Source: a virus
IMG/VR virus record: IMGVR_UViG_3300017605_000635
Coordinates: 5,750-69,749 of that record
Length of the DNA stretch: 64,000 nt
Strand: one strand, 5' to 3'
The notes beneath the pieces are model-generated. The model made no database searches. It had not been told where the DNA came from and saw only the letters and a program-made list of their open reading frames with translations. Shown here piece after piece: positions 30,726 through 39,481 of this stretch (position 1 is its first letter; each line of letters begins with the position of its first letter). A program made the position numbers and the translations under genes.

Positions 30726-31139
30726 ATGGGGACAGCCCTTGCGTTCGAACCCCGGGAGGAACCTGAAGCCATGACTGCAAAACGAATTGCACCGCTCGAC
30801 GCAGCCACCGTTGACGCCCTCAAGGACGAAATTCGAAACGAAGTGCGAGAACTGTTCCCACGGCGTGCCCCTCGGAACGACTGGTCCCGATTGTGGCAGG
30901 CGATGAGCGTGGTCATGAGCGTTGCAGCCCTGGTCTTTGCGGCCGGAGGCGGGTGGATGAAGATGTCGTCGTTGGAGTCTCGCGTCAATGCCGTCGAGAT
31001 AGCCGTCCAACAGCTGGTGAAGCAACAAGCCGACCAGAAGACCGACAATGCCGTGATGATGCAAAAGCTCGATCAGGTCTCCTCGACCGTCTCTGAAATC
31101 AAGGGGCAGATGCAGCGCCCGATTGCGACACCTCGATGA
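30726..31139 (+). CDS. Transmembrane plus coiled-coil protein (holin/XhlA-like)
   Basis: One TM segment then coiled coil; precedes endolysin; alternative start at 30771. Confidence 0.55.
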   Translation: MGTALAFEPREEPEAMTAKRIAPLDAATVDALKDEIRNEVRELFPRRAPRNDWSRLWQAMSVVMSVAALVFAAGGGWMKMSSLESRVNAVEIAVQQLVKQQADQKTDNAVMMQKLDQVSSTVSEIKGQMQRPIATPR

Positions 31140-31537
31140 GTAACCGGTCTTCGAAGCTTGAGGGTGTCCACCCGGAGTTGATTGTGCGAGGGACAAAGAT
31201 TCTCGCCATGATGGTCGCCTTTGGGGCTCCGATGCTCATCACGGACGGGCTCCGGACGGATTTGGACCAACACGACCTCTGGCTCAAGGGTCGAGACCCG
31301 GAACACCCTGGGCCCATCGTTACCGAGAAGGACGGCTACATCAAACGCTCGAACCATCAAGCCAAGCCAGACGGCTATGGCCATGCCATTGATTGTTGTT
31401 TCCTCGTGAACGGAGTCGCCTCGTGGGATGAGCGGCTCCCTTGGGACGTGTATGGGTTCATTGCCGTAAAGCTTGGGCTCATTTGGGGCGGCAATTGGAA
31501 GACGTTTGTCGATAAACCACACGTGGAGTTACCCTAG
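31136..31537 (+). CDS. Endolysin, M15 L-Ala-D-Glu peptidase-like
   Basis: LEGVHPEL, DGLRT, SNHQ...GHAID, WGGNW..FVDKPHVEL. Confidence 0.9.
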   Translation: MSNRSSKLEGVHPELIVRGTKILAMMVAFGAPMLITDGLRTDLDQHDLWLKGRDPEHPGPIVTEKDGYIKRSNHQAKPDGYGHAIDCCFLVNGVASWDERLPWDVYGFIAVKLGLIWGGNWKTFVDKPHVELP

Positions 31538-33207
31538 TGCCTCGTATCAACGAACTCGGGTGGGTGCTCTCGGGCAAGGCAGGTCCGGTCTCGGTCGACG
31601 GTCGAATCCTCGCTCCGAGGGGGACATGCGCGCAATGGTGGAACAAGTACTATGCGGTCTACCAACGTCGAGTTCAGGACATCCCGTTCGAGGTCTGGGA
31701 CCTTACCCTTCAAGACGTGCGCGATGGAACCATCACCCAACTCTCTCCCTTCAACGCGGACTTCCTTGCGGCCTGGCAGGGGAACTGGGCCGCGTGGAAC
31801 GGAGTGATTGGGCTGTTTGGTTCGGTCGAGCCCTCGACCCTCGCGGGAATCGCGCCGACCGAGACCGATAACCGAGGTGCTATCGCAAAGAACGGCACCA
31901 TTGGGCTCAAGGCGAGTTACCAAAGCACTGGCCCGATTGAGTTGGTTCCTCCGTGGCGGAAGCTCGGAGACTCGTTGAACGTTCGGATCAATCCATCGCC
32001 GTATGGACTTTGCATCTTGAATGAATTCCAAGCGGTGTGGAACGGCGGAGGCTCCGTAGGCTTCGCCTCCCCACCCACGTTCCTCCCGGGAGCCCGGAAC
32101 ATTCGGTGGGCCGCGTCAGGCTCCGGCACGGACTGGTGGGCCTATTGGGTCGACGGGTTGGGGCTGGTCGCGCATCGCACCGGATCACTCCCGAATGGCT
32201 ATCTATTGTCCCGGGAGGATGCCTTCCATCACGACCTCGTGACGTCCGAGACCGGTCGATTGCTCGCGTGTTGGTCCGTCGATTCTGCCGAGAACCCCGA
32301 TGGATTTCGGAAAGTTGATGTTTGGAATCTTCCAATCATTAACCTCGTCGACCTCCTGACCAAGCCCATCCCTCCGGTCGACCGGACCATGTGGATGGTT
32401 TGGTTCGAGCATGCAGTGCCTCCGGTGCAACCTCCCGGGAACGGGGTCATCAACGCCTCGGACCTTCTTGTCCGAACGTTCGACGGCACCCCGATTGCCT
32501 CATACATTGCGCCCGAGGCGGAAGGGAATACGATTGAGGCGTATAGCCGTGCGCTCATCAGAGCACGAGCCCTCAACCCGAACCTCCCAGTGGTCTCCTA
32601 TTGGCCGCGACAACTCCATGGACCGGATGGGTTCATCCCGCCCGGAGACATCATCGCTCCCGAGGCGTATGTCCTTGCGGGAGAACCGCTCGACCTTGCG
32701 GAACGGCGTATCCGAAACCTCGTGCGACGAGTGACCCGGGCTGCACTCGTCATGCAGTGTTACGATACGAATGCGAGTCTTACAACTGACCTCGACTCGT
32801 TGATCCCGATGTATGCGCGCATCTGTCACGAGGAGCTTAACATAGGGATGGGCATGGCGTTTAGCGATTGGGGTCGGAACATCCCCAACTCGAATCCTCC
32901 GCGTGGAGGGCTCCAAGTCCATCCTGAACTCCGGCCACGTTGGACGCAGTTCTCTTCGACCATTCGAACACCCCCGGTTCCACCGCCACCGCCACCGCCG
33001 GAGGATGATGTGCAAGTTCCGAAAGTCGACATCAAAGACCCGATTCCGCCGTTCTCTGCAGACGGGTTCAAACTCGAAGTTCACGACCCGAGGAATGATC
33101 AAGACTTCATTGTCACGACCAAGAACGGGTCGTGGTTCGTCGAGATCAAGACTCCCGCAGGCTCCGACAAGAGCGTCAAACCACGACCGGTAATAATCAA
33201 GGGGTGA
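31537..33207 (+). CDS. Hypothetical multi-domain protein with poly-Pro linker
   Basis: 556 aa ORF coupled to the endolysin stop; Trp/Gly-rich N-terminus. Confidence 0.65.
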   Translation: MPRINELGWVLSGKAGPVSVDGRILAPRGTCAQWWNKYYAVYQRRVQDIPFEVWDLTLQDVRDGTITQLSPFNADFLAAWQGNWAAWNGVIGLFGSVEPSTLAGIAPTETDNRGAIAKNGTIGLKASYQSTGPIELVPPWRKLGDSLNVRINPSPYGLCILNEFQAVWNGGGSVGFASPPTFLPGARNIRWAASGSGTDWWAYWVDGLGLVAHRTGSLPNGYLLSREDAFHHDLVTSETGRLLACWSVDSAENPDGFRKVDVWNLPIINLVDLLTKPIPPVDRTMWMVWFEHAVPPVQPPGNGVINASDLLVRTFDGTPIASYIAPEAEGNTIEAYSRALIRARALNPNLPVVSYWPRQLHGPDGFIPPGDIIAPEAYVLAGEPLDLAERRIRNLVRRVTRAALVMQCYDTNASLTTDLDSLIPMYARICHEELNIGMGMAFSDWGRNIPNSNPPRGGLQVHPELRPRWTQFSSTIRTPPVPPPPPPPEDDVQVPKVDIKDPIPPFSADGFKLEVHDPRNDQDFIVTTKNGSWFVEIKTPAGSDKSVKPRPVIIKG

Positions 33208-33507
33208 GTGATGTCAGAACTTTGGCCAGATGATAAGTTCCAATCCGCGTGTCGAGAAGCAGCAACCATCGTCTGCAGTCCTCCGGACGCGTGGCCGTTG
33301 AAGCCGATTGACGTCGAGCAGGGAGCCCGGGAGCTTGGCGATGAAATGCGCCGACCGCTCTCCGAGGGTGGAACCGCAGAACGGAATCCGACCGCCATGG
33401 AGTTGTGTCTCGGGTATGCGCTCCGGAGCGGTGGGAAGGTTCCCCACGAGCGGTTTGTGGCGAAGCTCCCGGCCATTGCCGAGTTCCAGGTGCGTCTTCG
33501 GCCCTGA
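33208..33507 (+). CDS. Hypothetical protein ending CCC-TGA
   Basis: 99 aa ORF; possible N-terminus of a frameshift fusion. Confidence 0.6.
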   Translation: MMSELWPDDKFQSACREAATIVCSPPDAWPLKPIDVEQGARELGDEMRRPLSEGGTAERNPTAMELCLGYALRSGGKVPHERFVAKLPAIAEFQVRLRP

Positions 33508-34525
33508 CCCAGATGCGGAGTCGCACATCTCCGCGCTCCACGTCGATGGGCCCATCTTTCGGAACCTCGAAGGGTTGCCCATCCGCATTCGGGGGTTCTC
33601 TGCGTTCCCGTTCCCGGCTCTCTTCCGAGACGGGATGGACCTCAAGCCATTGATCGCGTTCTTCCGAGAACGAGGGGCCAATTGCGCTCGTGTATGGCCG
33701 TATGTTCGGTTTCCGGACGGCACCGGCTGGGAGACTCCGGACAACGAGACGATCATTGCCCTCGTGCGATTCCTCCGGGCGCAAGGGTTGTACACGTATC
33801 TCACGTTGTTCACCGATAGCCAACCGCCAGAGGGCGGAGCCCCCAACCGTATCGAATGGGCGAAACGGTTGGTCAACGACTGTGCTGCCGCCGGTCTCGA
33901 TTCCCTTCTCTTCGAGATTGGAAACGAGCCGCAGATCAACAAGCACATCGACACGCACCAACTCAAGGCGACACTTGATGCCTCGGGGTTCCTCTACACG
34001 AATGGGGAGTACAACGACTCTCGGGAGTGGTTTGGGCGTTTCGGAGATCAACATCCTCCGAGGGAGAACAAGTGGCCGCGCTGTTCACACGACCTCTATG
34101 AGTTCTACAACGGCGGTGGACCGTCGTATCCCGAGGAGCCGGCAACGCACGTGCCGTGGATAGCGGGAGAGCCGATCAAGCCCAACCAGATGCCTCGGGC
34201 TCCCGAGACGGATGAACAGACGCACGAGCCGATTGACCACGTCGAGGATTGTACGACGTTCACGGCCAGCGTGGGGCTCCTCGGAGCCGGTGCGATATTT
34301 CACTATGAGGGAGGCAAGTGGGGTCGGATGCCCGATGCGGACGAGTCCGCATGCGCTGACGCGTGGTTCCGAGGTCTTCGAGCGTTCCCGGAAGACGCGT
34401 GGTTTGCGGGTCCATACGAGAGAATCGACGAACATGGGGAGACCCTTCGCACGTACAAACGTGGTCCGTATGTCGTGCGTATTCGGCCGGTGAGCGGACC
34501 TATCCTCCAAGGAGAGTTGTCATGA
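33503..34525 (+). CDS. Clan GH-A (GH5-like) glycoside hydrolase domain; start uncertain
   Basis: LHVDGPIF...GANCARVW...FEIGNEP...IAGEP TIM-barrel motifs. Confidence 0.6.
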   Translation, partial: PDPDAESHISALHVDGPIFRNLEGLPIRIRGFSAFPFPALFRDGMDLKPLIAFFRERGANCARVWPYVRFPDGTGWETPDNETIIALVRFLRAQGLYTYLTLFTDSQPPEGGAPNRIEWAKRLVNDCAAAGLDSLLFEIGNEPQINKHIDTHQLKATLDASGFLYTNGEYNDSREWFGRFGDQHPPRENKWPRCSHDLYEFYNGGGPSYPEEPATHVPWIAGEPIKPNQMPRAPETDEQTHEPIDHVEDCTTFTASVGLLGAGAIFHYEGGKWGRMPDADESACADAWFRGLRAFPEDAWFAGPYERIDEHGETLRTYKRGPYVVRIRPVSGPILQGELS

Positions 34526-34944
34526 CAAGTCAGGTGCGTCGGTTTTATCTCGCATGCTTCGCGGCATACGTGCTGATCTTCCTCGGGTTCCTCGCAGCCG
34601 GGTGCGCGTCCTCGAATCAGGCTCTTGTTCAGGCGGACACGACCATCCACAGCGCGCTGGCCTCCCTCGACGACAAGGCCCACGCGTTCTGCAAGGCCAA
34701 CGAGCAGTTCAAGGTCCAGTGCGCCGACTTGAACCCGGTGATGGTGAGTCTCCTCAAGGCCGGAGATACGTTCAATCGAGGGGTGGCCAACCAAACACCC
34801 GCAGGGCTCCTCGACCTCGCCTCAGCGGGAACGGCCGTGTACAAGGAGCTTCAGAAGCTCCCGAGTAGTGCGACCGTCGAAATGTTCAAGGAACTCGCTC
34901 GTGCGCTTGCCTCGGCGGCAGCGCTTTCAGGAGGTGCGAAGTGA
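34522..34944 (+). CDS. Lipoprotein (spanin-like candidate)
   Basis: SD AGGAG; hydrophobic run ending LAAG|C. Confidence 0.65.
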   Translation: MTSQVRRFYLACFAAYVLIFLGFLAAGCASSNQALVQADTTIHSALASLDDKAHAFCKANEQFKVQCADLNPVMVSLLKAGDTFNRGVANQTPAGLLDLASAGTAVYKELQKLPSSATVEMFKELARALASAAALSGGAK

Positions 34945-35111
34945 CCCAAGCAGCTGCAATCTACGCGCTCATTGAGGCCATCTACGGGTCTCAGCTGGCC
35001 AAGGACATCCTTGGGCTCTTTGTCAAGAACAAGGAACTCACCGAGGAGCAAGCGGCACTGATCCAGTCTAACCACGAGGACTATCAGCGACGCATTCAGG
35101 CTCGAAGCTGA
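34941..35111 (+). CDS. Small hypothetical protein, 56 aa
   Basis: GTGA overlap with the lipoprotein stop, SD GGAGG, TGATG overlap with next gene. Confidence 0.55.
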   Translation: MTQAAAIYALIEAIYGSQLAKDILGLFVKNKELTEEQAALIQSNHEDYQRRIQARS

Positions 35112-35509
35112 TGACGAAGATTCCGACCATGGTCCAATCCGCCCTCGTGGCGGTCGTGATGAGCCTCTTCTGGATTGGGGCCCACTGGCTCGTGGATCAC
35201 CGGGTCTGGTCACAGGAGGCGGCAGAACTCTACGTCCCTGCGGCCGCTACGTGGTGCGTCCTCGAAGGCTGGAACTACGTCCAGCGGAGGAAGAAGAACG
35301 TTGAGGTGAACACGGCGCTGGCCCTCCCGCCTGGGTCGACGCGAGATGACGTCAAGGCGACCATCGCCCGAGGCGATGCGCCACCCTCGAACGTTCCGAC
35401 CGACAGGGCTCCGTATCTGAAGGGAGATGTCGAGGCGAAGAAACAGGCCTACACCGATCAGGCCTTTCGAACGGGCACCGGAGACGGCTCTCCGCCTCCG
35501 GCTGCATAG
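35111..35509 (+). CDS. Holin-like membrane protein
   Basis: Two hydrophobic segments followed by a basic QRRKK. Confidence 0.55.
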   Translation: MTKIPTMVQSALVAVVMSLFWIGAHWLVDHRVWSQEAAELYVPAAATWCVLEGWNYVQRRKKNVEVNTALALPPGSTRDDVKATIARGDAPPSNVPTDRAPYLKGDVEAKKQAYTDQAFRTGTGDGSPPPAA

Positions 35510-35513
35510 AGGT

Positions 35514-35590
35514 TCAACGGCTCCGGGAACCCGAGACTGGGAACGTTGGCCGCCCCAGGCTGACGCGTGGAGGAGACCCGGAGCCGTTGA
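35514..35590. repeat. 14-bp perfect inverted repeat at the convergence of both arms
   Basis: tcaacggctccggg (35514-35527) / cccggagccgttga (35577-35590). Confidence 0.85.
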
Positions 35591-35593
35591 TCG

Positions 35594-35839
35594 TTACTCG
35601 AACCGGAGATGCTTCCCGATAAAGGTCAAGAGAGATTGGATGACTCTCGGTTCGAGCACGATGCGGTTCGTCTCCCTCACCCCGTCCGAGGTCGTGAGGA
35701 CGATGGCCCAGCCGAGAGATTGGATGACTCTCGGTTCGAGCACGATGCGGTTCGTCTCCCTCACCCCGTCCGAGGTCGTGAGGACGATGGCCCAGCCGGT
35801 GAAGTCGACATACACTCCGTCTCCGAGATAGGTCTTCAT
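35594..35839 (-). CDS. Small phage protein (YLGDGVY type) with internal 28-aa duplication
   Basis: MKTYLGDGVYVDF; SD GAGGAGG. Confidence 0.7.
   Translation of the reverse strand: MKTYLGDGVYVDFTGWAIVLTTSDGVRETNRIVLEPRVIQSLGWAIVLTTSDGVRETNRIVLEPRVIQSLLTFIGKHLRFE
35630..35797. repeat. Exact 84-bp tandem duplication
   Basis: 35630-35713 identical to 35714-35797. Confidence 0.95.
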
Positions 35840-36084
35840 TTCGCCTCCTCGTAAAAGCCGCTTGCCCACCCGTTGATCTCGCGCATCGCCAGTTCCCAAA
35901 GTCGTCGATTGCCCTTGGGCATCGAGAGGAGGAAGACCTCCGCATCCTCCTCGGAGGTCGTGTAGCGGGGGAGCCTATCCGGGCCCACGAGGTTCGACGG
36001 AGGAGCCTCCGCCGAGACCGGGTGGACCTCGGGCTGGGGCTCCTCGAACGAGAGCCCGAGTTGACGGCTAGGTGGTTTTTTCAC
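35836..36084 (-). CDS. Hypothetical protein
   Basis: GTGA overlap with upstream gene. Confidence 0.55.
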   Translation of the reverse strand: MKKPPSRQLGLSFEEPQPEVHPVSAEAPPSNLVGPDRLPRYTTSEEDAEVFLLSMPKGNRRLWELAMREINGWASGFYEEAK

Positions 36085-36488
36085 TGGGCCCTCACCGCCA
36101 CCACGAAGCCTCCCTTGCCGAGGCTTCGAGCGTATTTCTGCGTCCAGCACCCTCCACTCCCGATGTGCCGCTCTCGGCAGTGCTTGCAGGTGTAGAGGCT
36201 TTCAAGCGTGACGCAGAGGACGATGTCTGCGAGCGTTGCGATTTGGATGTTGCGAGGCTTGTAGCCGGAAGCCCAGCAATGGTCCCGAGGAGGGAACGGG
36301 CGGAACGGGAGCCCGGCATCCTCCGCTTCCTCCCGGGCGAAAATGTCGACACCACCTCGGGGGCATTCCCCCGAGGTGACGCCTGCGAATCGTTTCGTTT
36401 GCAGCCACGCTCGAATAACGTTGCGGGCTCTCCGTTCCGTGATGGCGGTCCACGCTCGTGCTTCTGGTCCGACGATTCCGAGGATCAT
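36081..36488 (-). CDS. SLOG (DprA/YspA-like) nucleotide-binding protein
   Basis: ILGIVG, TSGECPRGGVD, GYKPRNIQIA, SGGCWT. Confidence 0.7.
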   Translation of the reverse strand: MILGIVGPEARAWTAITERRARNVIRAWLQTKRFAGVTSGECPRGGVDIFAREEAEDAGLPFRPFPPRDHCWASGYKPRNIQIATLADIVLCVTLESLYTCKHCRERHIGSGGCWTQKYARSLGKGGFVVAVRAQ

Positions 36489-36667
36489 CGCACTACCGCC
36501 TTCTTCTGACACAGCCGGCAGGTCACGTGGGTCTTCTCGGTCGTGGCCTTTGTAAAGTCGCAAACGGTTCCGCACGCCGTCTGGTGCTTCTCCCTCGTGC
36601 GAGCCGTAGGGCTCGACCGCATCCAGCTGCGGTCGTAGACGCCGATGCTGAGGTGGGTCTTCTTCAT
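36485..36667 (-). CDS. Small Cys/His protein
   Basis: TACG...VTCRLC. Confidence 0.55.
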   Translation of the reverse strand: MKKTHLSIGVYDRSWMRSSPTARTREKHQTACGTVCDFTKATTEKTHVTCRLCQKKAVVR

Positions 36668-36849
36668 TTCACCCTCCAAACGTATCCACACGCGTTGCAG
36701 GTCTTGTAGCGGAGTTCGACGAAGACGTCATCACGCCGGGTCTTCTCGTCCACGGTGAGTTCGTGGACCGAGGGGGAGCCGCACGACCGGCAGTTGTGGG
36801 CTCTCCGCCGATTGCGTTCGCGGAGGTTGTCGCGTTCTTCGGGGGTCAT
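36664..36849 (-). CDS. Zinc-ribbon protein
   Basis: CRSCG...CNACGYVW. Confidence 0.65.
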   Translation of the reverse strand: MTPEERDNLRERNRRRAHNCRSCGSPSVHELTVDEKTRRDDVFVELRYKTCNACGYVWRVK

Positions 36850-37121
36850 GAGGGTTCCTCCTCTGGGTGACAGACATCGCATTCCGGGTCGTCGCACGGT
36901 TCGATTCCGAGGGAGACCCGTTCGAACGCATCCGCGTAGAGGTCGGAGAGCGGCGTGCCATCCGCTCCGGCGCAAACCAGCTGGTGGACACCGCTCGACC
37001 GGAAGACGTATCCGGCCGGTGCGTCCACAAGCACTTCGTGTTCGAGGCGTTCTCGGTCTCGATGAACGGTGAGCGTTCCTCGAACCTTACAGACGGCAGT
37101 CACGAGGGAACCGTAAGTCAC
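36846..37121 (-). CDS. Hypothetical protein
   Basis: GTG start overlapping upstream stop; C-terminal CDDPECDVC. Confidence 0.55.
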   Translation of the reverse strand: MTYGSLVTAVCKVRGTLTVHRDRERLEHEVLVDAPAGYVFRSSGVHQLVCAGADGTPLSDLYADAFERVSLGIEPCDDPECDVCHPEEEPS

Positions 37122-37534
37122 TGCACCCTCCAGACCTGCCGCACGTGGACTCCCGGTTTTCGATACCGGGCCAAGGGCAGCGGATAGACCGAACGGTTGT
37201 CGCAGACCTCGACGGAGCCTCCCTCGACCCGGGCCACGACGTAGTGCCCGGTGACGAAGAGGAGGTACACGCCAGAGTAGCCAGCGCTGGCCTTCTCCGT
37301 GAGCACGTCGCGCATCGAGCGGTGGGTGGCTGTAGGAAGCTCCACGAGACCGAGACCGTGCCGGAGAATCGCAAAGCGGAGGTCGGCAGGCCGCACGCCG
37401 TAGATGGCACGCTTTCCGGTGACGACCCGGAGGGTGCGTGCCGCCTCGTCCGTGGTGATCCCGAGGAGGCACGCCATCGCGGCAGGTCCGCAGTAGCGGT
37501 TCTTGCCGATGGCCGGGTGCAGAGTGGGGGTCAT
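37118..37534 (-). CDS. Papain-fold C39-like peptidase
   Basis: YCGPAAMA (Cys), GHYVV (His), VCDN (Asp). Confidence 0.6.
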   Translation of the reverse strand: MTPTLHPAIGKNRYCGPAAMACLLGITTDEAARTLRVVTGKRAIYGVRPADLRFAILRHGLGLVELPTATHRSMRDVLTEKASAGYSGVYLLFVTGHYVVARVEGGSVEVCDNRSVYPLPLARYRKPGVHVRQVWRVQ

Positions 37535-37535
37535 G

Positions 37536-37781
37536 CTACTTCTCCTCTGCCTTGATCCTGACGGTTCGGAGAACGGTCTCCAGCATCTCAACCTTCGAGG
37601 CGATGCAGGAGAACTCCGCTGCCCGGGCTCCGAGGTTGTGCCCGAGGTGGGTGGAAACGCGCTGCCCGTCGTTCGAGTCGTTCTTGAGCATCGCAATCGT
37701 GCGGTCGAGGAGGAACTTGTACGACTCGCGTTCCATCGCAATCGCGGCTTCGAGTTGCTCGATAAATTTCTGGATGTCCAT
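37536..37781 (-). CDS. Hypothetical helical protein
   Basis: SD AGGAG; MDIQKFIEQL. Confidence 0.6.
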   Translation of the reverse strand: MDIQKFIEQLEAAIAMERESYKFLLDRTIAMLKNDSNDGQRVSTHLGHNLGARAAEFSCIASKVEMLETVLRTVRIKAEEK

Positions 37782-37791
37782 GGCTAGGCTC

Positions 37792-37932
37792 CTATCGGGA
37801 GACGTGGGCGTGACGCCGACGGTCGTTGCGATGTTCCTCGTGGGCCGGGTGCAAGTCGCCGTGGAACGCGAGGGCCAGCTGGGCGAGGAGCACGAGAGCC
37901 TTGAAAACATCGCGTCGGAGGAGGGTCTTCAC
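37792..37932 (-). CDS. Small hypothetical protein
   Basis: First gene after the promoter; SD AAGGA, GTG start. Confidence 0.45.
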   Translation of the reverse strand: MKTLLRRDVFKALVLLAQLALAFHGDLHPAHEEHRNDRRRHAHVSR

Positions 37933-37982
37933 GTCGTTCGTCCTTCCGTTCATCGCGGCCGGTATTGGCGGCGACAAGGACG

Positions 37983-38011
37983 ATCATACGGCCTAGACCG
38001 GATGGAGTCAA
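37983..38011 (-). promoter_or_regulatory. Sigma70-like promoter TTGACT-N17-TATGAT
   Basis: Near-consensus hexamers, 17-bp spacer, intergenic. Confidence 0.8.
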
Positions 38012-38212
38012 GCGCAAACGTGAACTTTTTGCTCCCACTTCGCAGAAAGGTTCAAAGCCCTTTATCCGCTGGGACTTACGGACTCCGCCTCCGAGGAGCC
38101 GCATAAACGCCCTAGGAATGATCCGAAGGGTGGGCCAGCCTAGGGGCCAGCCCACCCGCCTCCGTCCACCCTCCGCCACAGGGAGGTGGCCAAAAATTCC
38201 CAGCAAATCCGT

Positions 38213-39115
38213 TTACTCCTCTGCGAGGAACCTCGAAACCTCGTGCCACCGGTCAGAGGCTATCGAGAGGTCACGCCGGTGTCCCTCCTCGACGGCAACG
38301 GCATCGTCCCACTTCGTCTCGTTCCGCAGCGATTCGATTTCGCTCCGGACGAGACCCGCTAGCACCATTGGTTCCAGCGCGTCAAGCTCCCACGACTCGT
38401 CTCCGAACTCTCGGATGTACGCCACCGCCCGGGAATCCGTCACCTTGGCCGGGTTCGGAGGCGGGTTGTACTCGTTGACTTGCGGCATGTTCAGCGCGAG
38501 TCGACGAACTTCCATCCCACCCATGAAGGTCTGCAACCGTTCGGTGATATCCCGGGTCATGTCCATCCCGCTGGGGTCGTGGTCTCCGAAGTGCAGGATG
38601 ATCGGAATCTGCCGGTGATCCGCGTAACGACGGAGCCGCATCGCACCGCTCCACATCTCGGATTGCGAGGTGTAGCCTCGGCAGGAGAAGAAGGGCACGT
38701 CAAGCTCCTCGCAGACTCCCTCGATGACGCCCACCAGCGCGTCCTTCTCAATCCAGACCTCCGGGCGGAAGGGCTGACCGTGCCACTTGTCAATCCGGAA
38801 CCCAGCCGCAGCCGACCGCATGATGTCGGCCGGAGAGTCCCAGTGGGAGACGGAGCGGAGGTTGCGCGTGCGGTCGATGATGGCGTGCCAGTCGATGAAA
38901 CCGCACATCCGCCCGTCGTTGATCGCGTCTCCGAGTCGTTTGTACTCCTTGTCGGAGTTCTTGATGAGGTCTCGGGCCACGAACTGGTAGTACAACTGCC
39001 GGAGCGTCAACGTGAACCCGAGGAGCCGGTATTCGTCGATGATCTTGTTGGCAATCTGAATCGTCGCAAGACGTTCAACGCCGAGGGTCTTTTGCATGTA
39101 CGAGATTTTGGGCAT
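38213..39115 (-). CDS. TopoVI-A/Spo11-like winged-helix plus TOPRIM protein
   Basis: TLRQLYYQ (catalytic Tyr region), WIEKDAL, RGYTS, FGDHDPSG, WELDAL. Confidence 0.8.
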   Translation of the reverse strand: MPKISYMQKTLGVERLATIQIANKIIDEYRLLGFTLTLRQLYYQFVARDLIKNSDKEYKRLGDAINDGRMCGFIDWHAIIDRTRNLRSVSHWDSPADIMRSAAAGFRIDKWHGQPFRPEVWIEKDALVGVIEGVCEELDVPFFSCRGYTSQSEMWSGAMRLRRYADHRQIPIILHFGDHDPSGMDMTRDITERLQTFMGGMEVRRLALNMPQVNEYNPPPNPAKVTDSRAVAYIREFGDESWELDALEPMVLAGLVRSEIESLRNETKWDDAVAVEEGHRRDLSIASDRWHEVSRFLAEE

Positions 39116-39266
39116 CGTCCTTCTCCACATTCGGGCTGATGATGTAGGTGACGGGATACGGATTCCCGCTCATGATTTCGAGGAGTCGTTGAAGACCCTC
39201 CTCGGTGACGAGGTGCAGCGCACCCCGAGGTCTCCGTGTGAGCTTGTCGAAGATTTGGACTCTCAC
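39075..39266 (-). CDS. Hypothetical protein
   Basis: GTG start with SD GAGGAGG. Confidence 0.45.
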   Translation of the reverse strand: MRVQIFDKLTRRPRGALHLVTEEGLQRLLEIMSGNPYPVTYIISPNVEKDDAQNLVHAKDPRR

Positions 39267-39481
39267 TTTACCTCCTCGGTCTGTCGAGCACTGAAGACCG
39301 CGCACGCTCTCCCGAGGGAAGAAGATGCGCCGGCAATCTGCACGAGATAAACGGGTGTTGGCTCTTCGCCGTCTCCGTTGACGTCTGCGCTCGACGGCCA
39401 TTGCACAACGCCCCAACCGACGACGTGTCCGACCTCGTGGCTGTAGAGGCTGCGAACTTTTGTGAGGTAAGGAAACGTCAC
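39263..39481 (-). CDS. Hypothetical protein
   Basis: Coupled overlaps. Confidence 0.5.
   Translation of the reverse strand: MTFPYLTKVRSLYSHEVGHVVGWGVVQWPSSADVNGDGEEPTPVYLVQIAGASSSLGRACAVFSARQTEEVK

Noticed and set aside
35630-35797. CRISPR array or DGR template/variable repeat
   Set aside because: Two abutting identical copies with no spacer, no adenine-specific mismatches and no reverse transcriptase or cas gene
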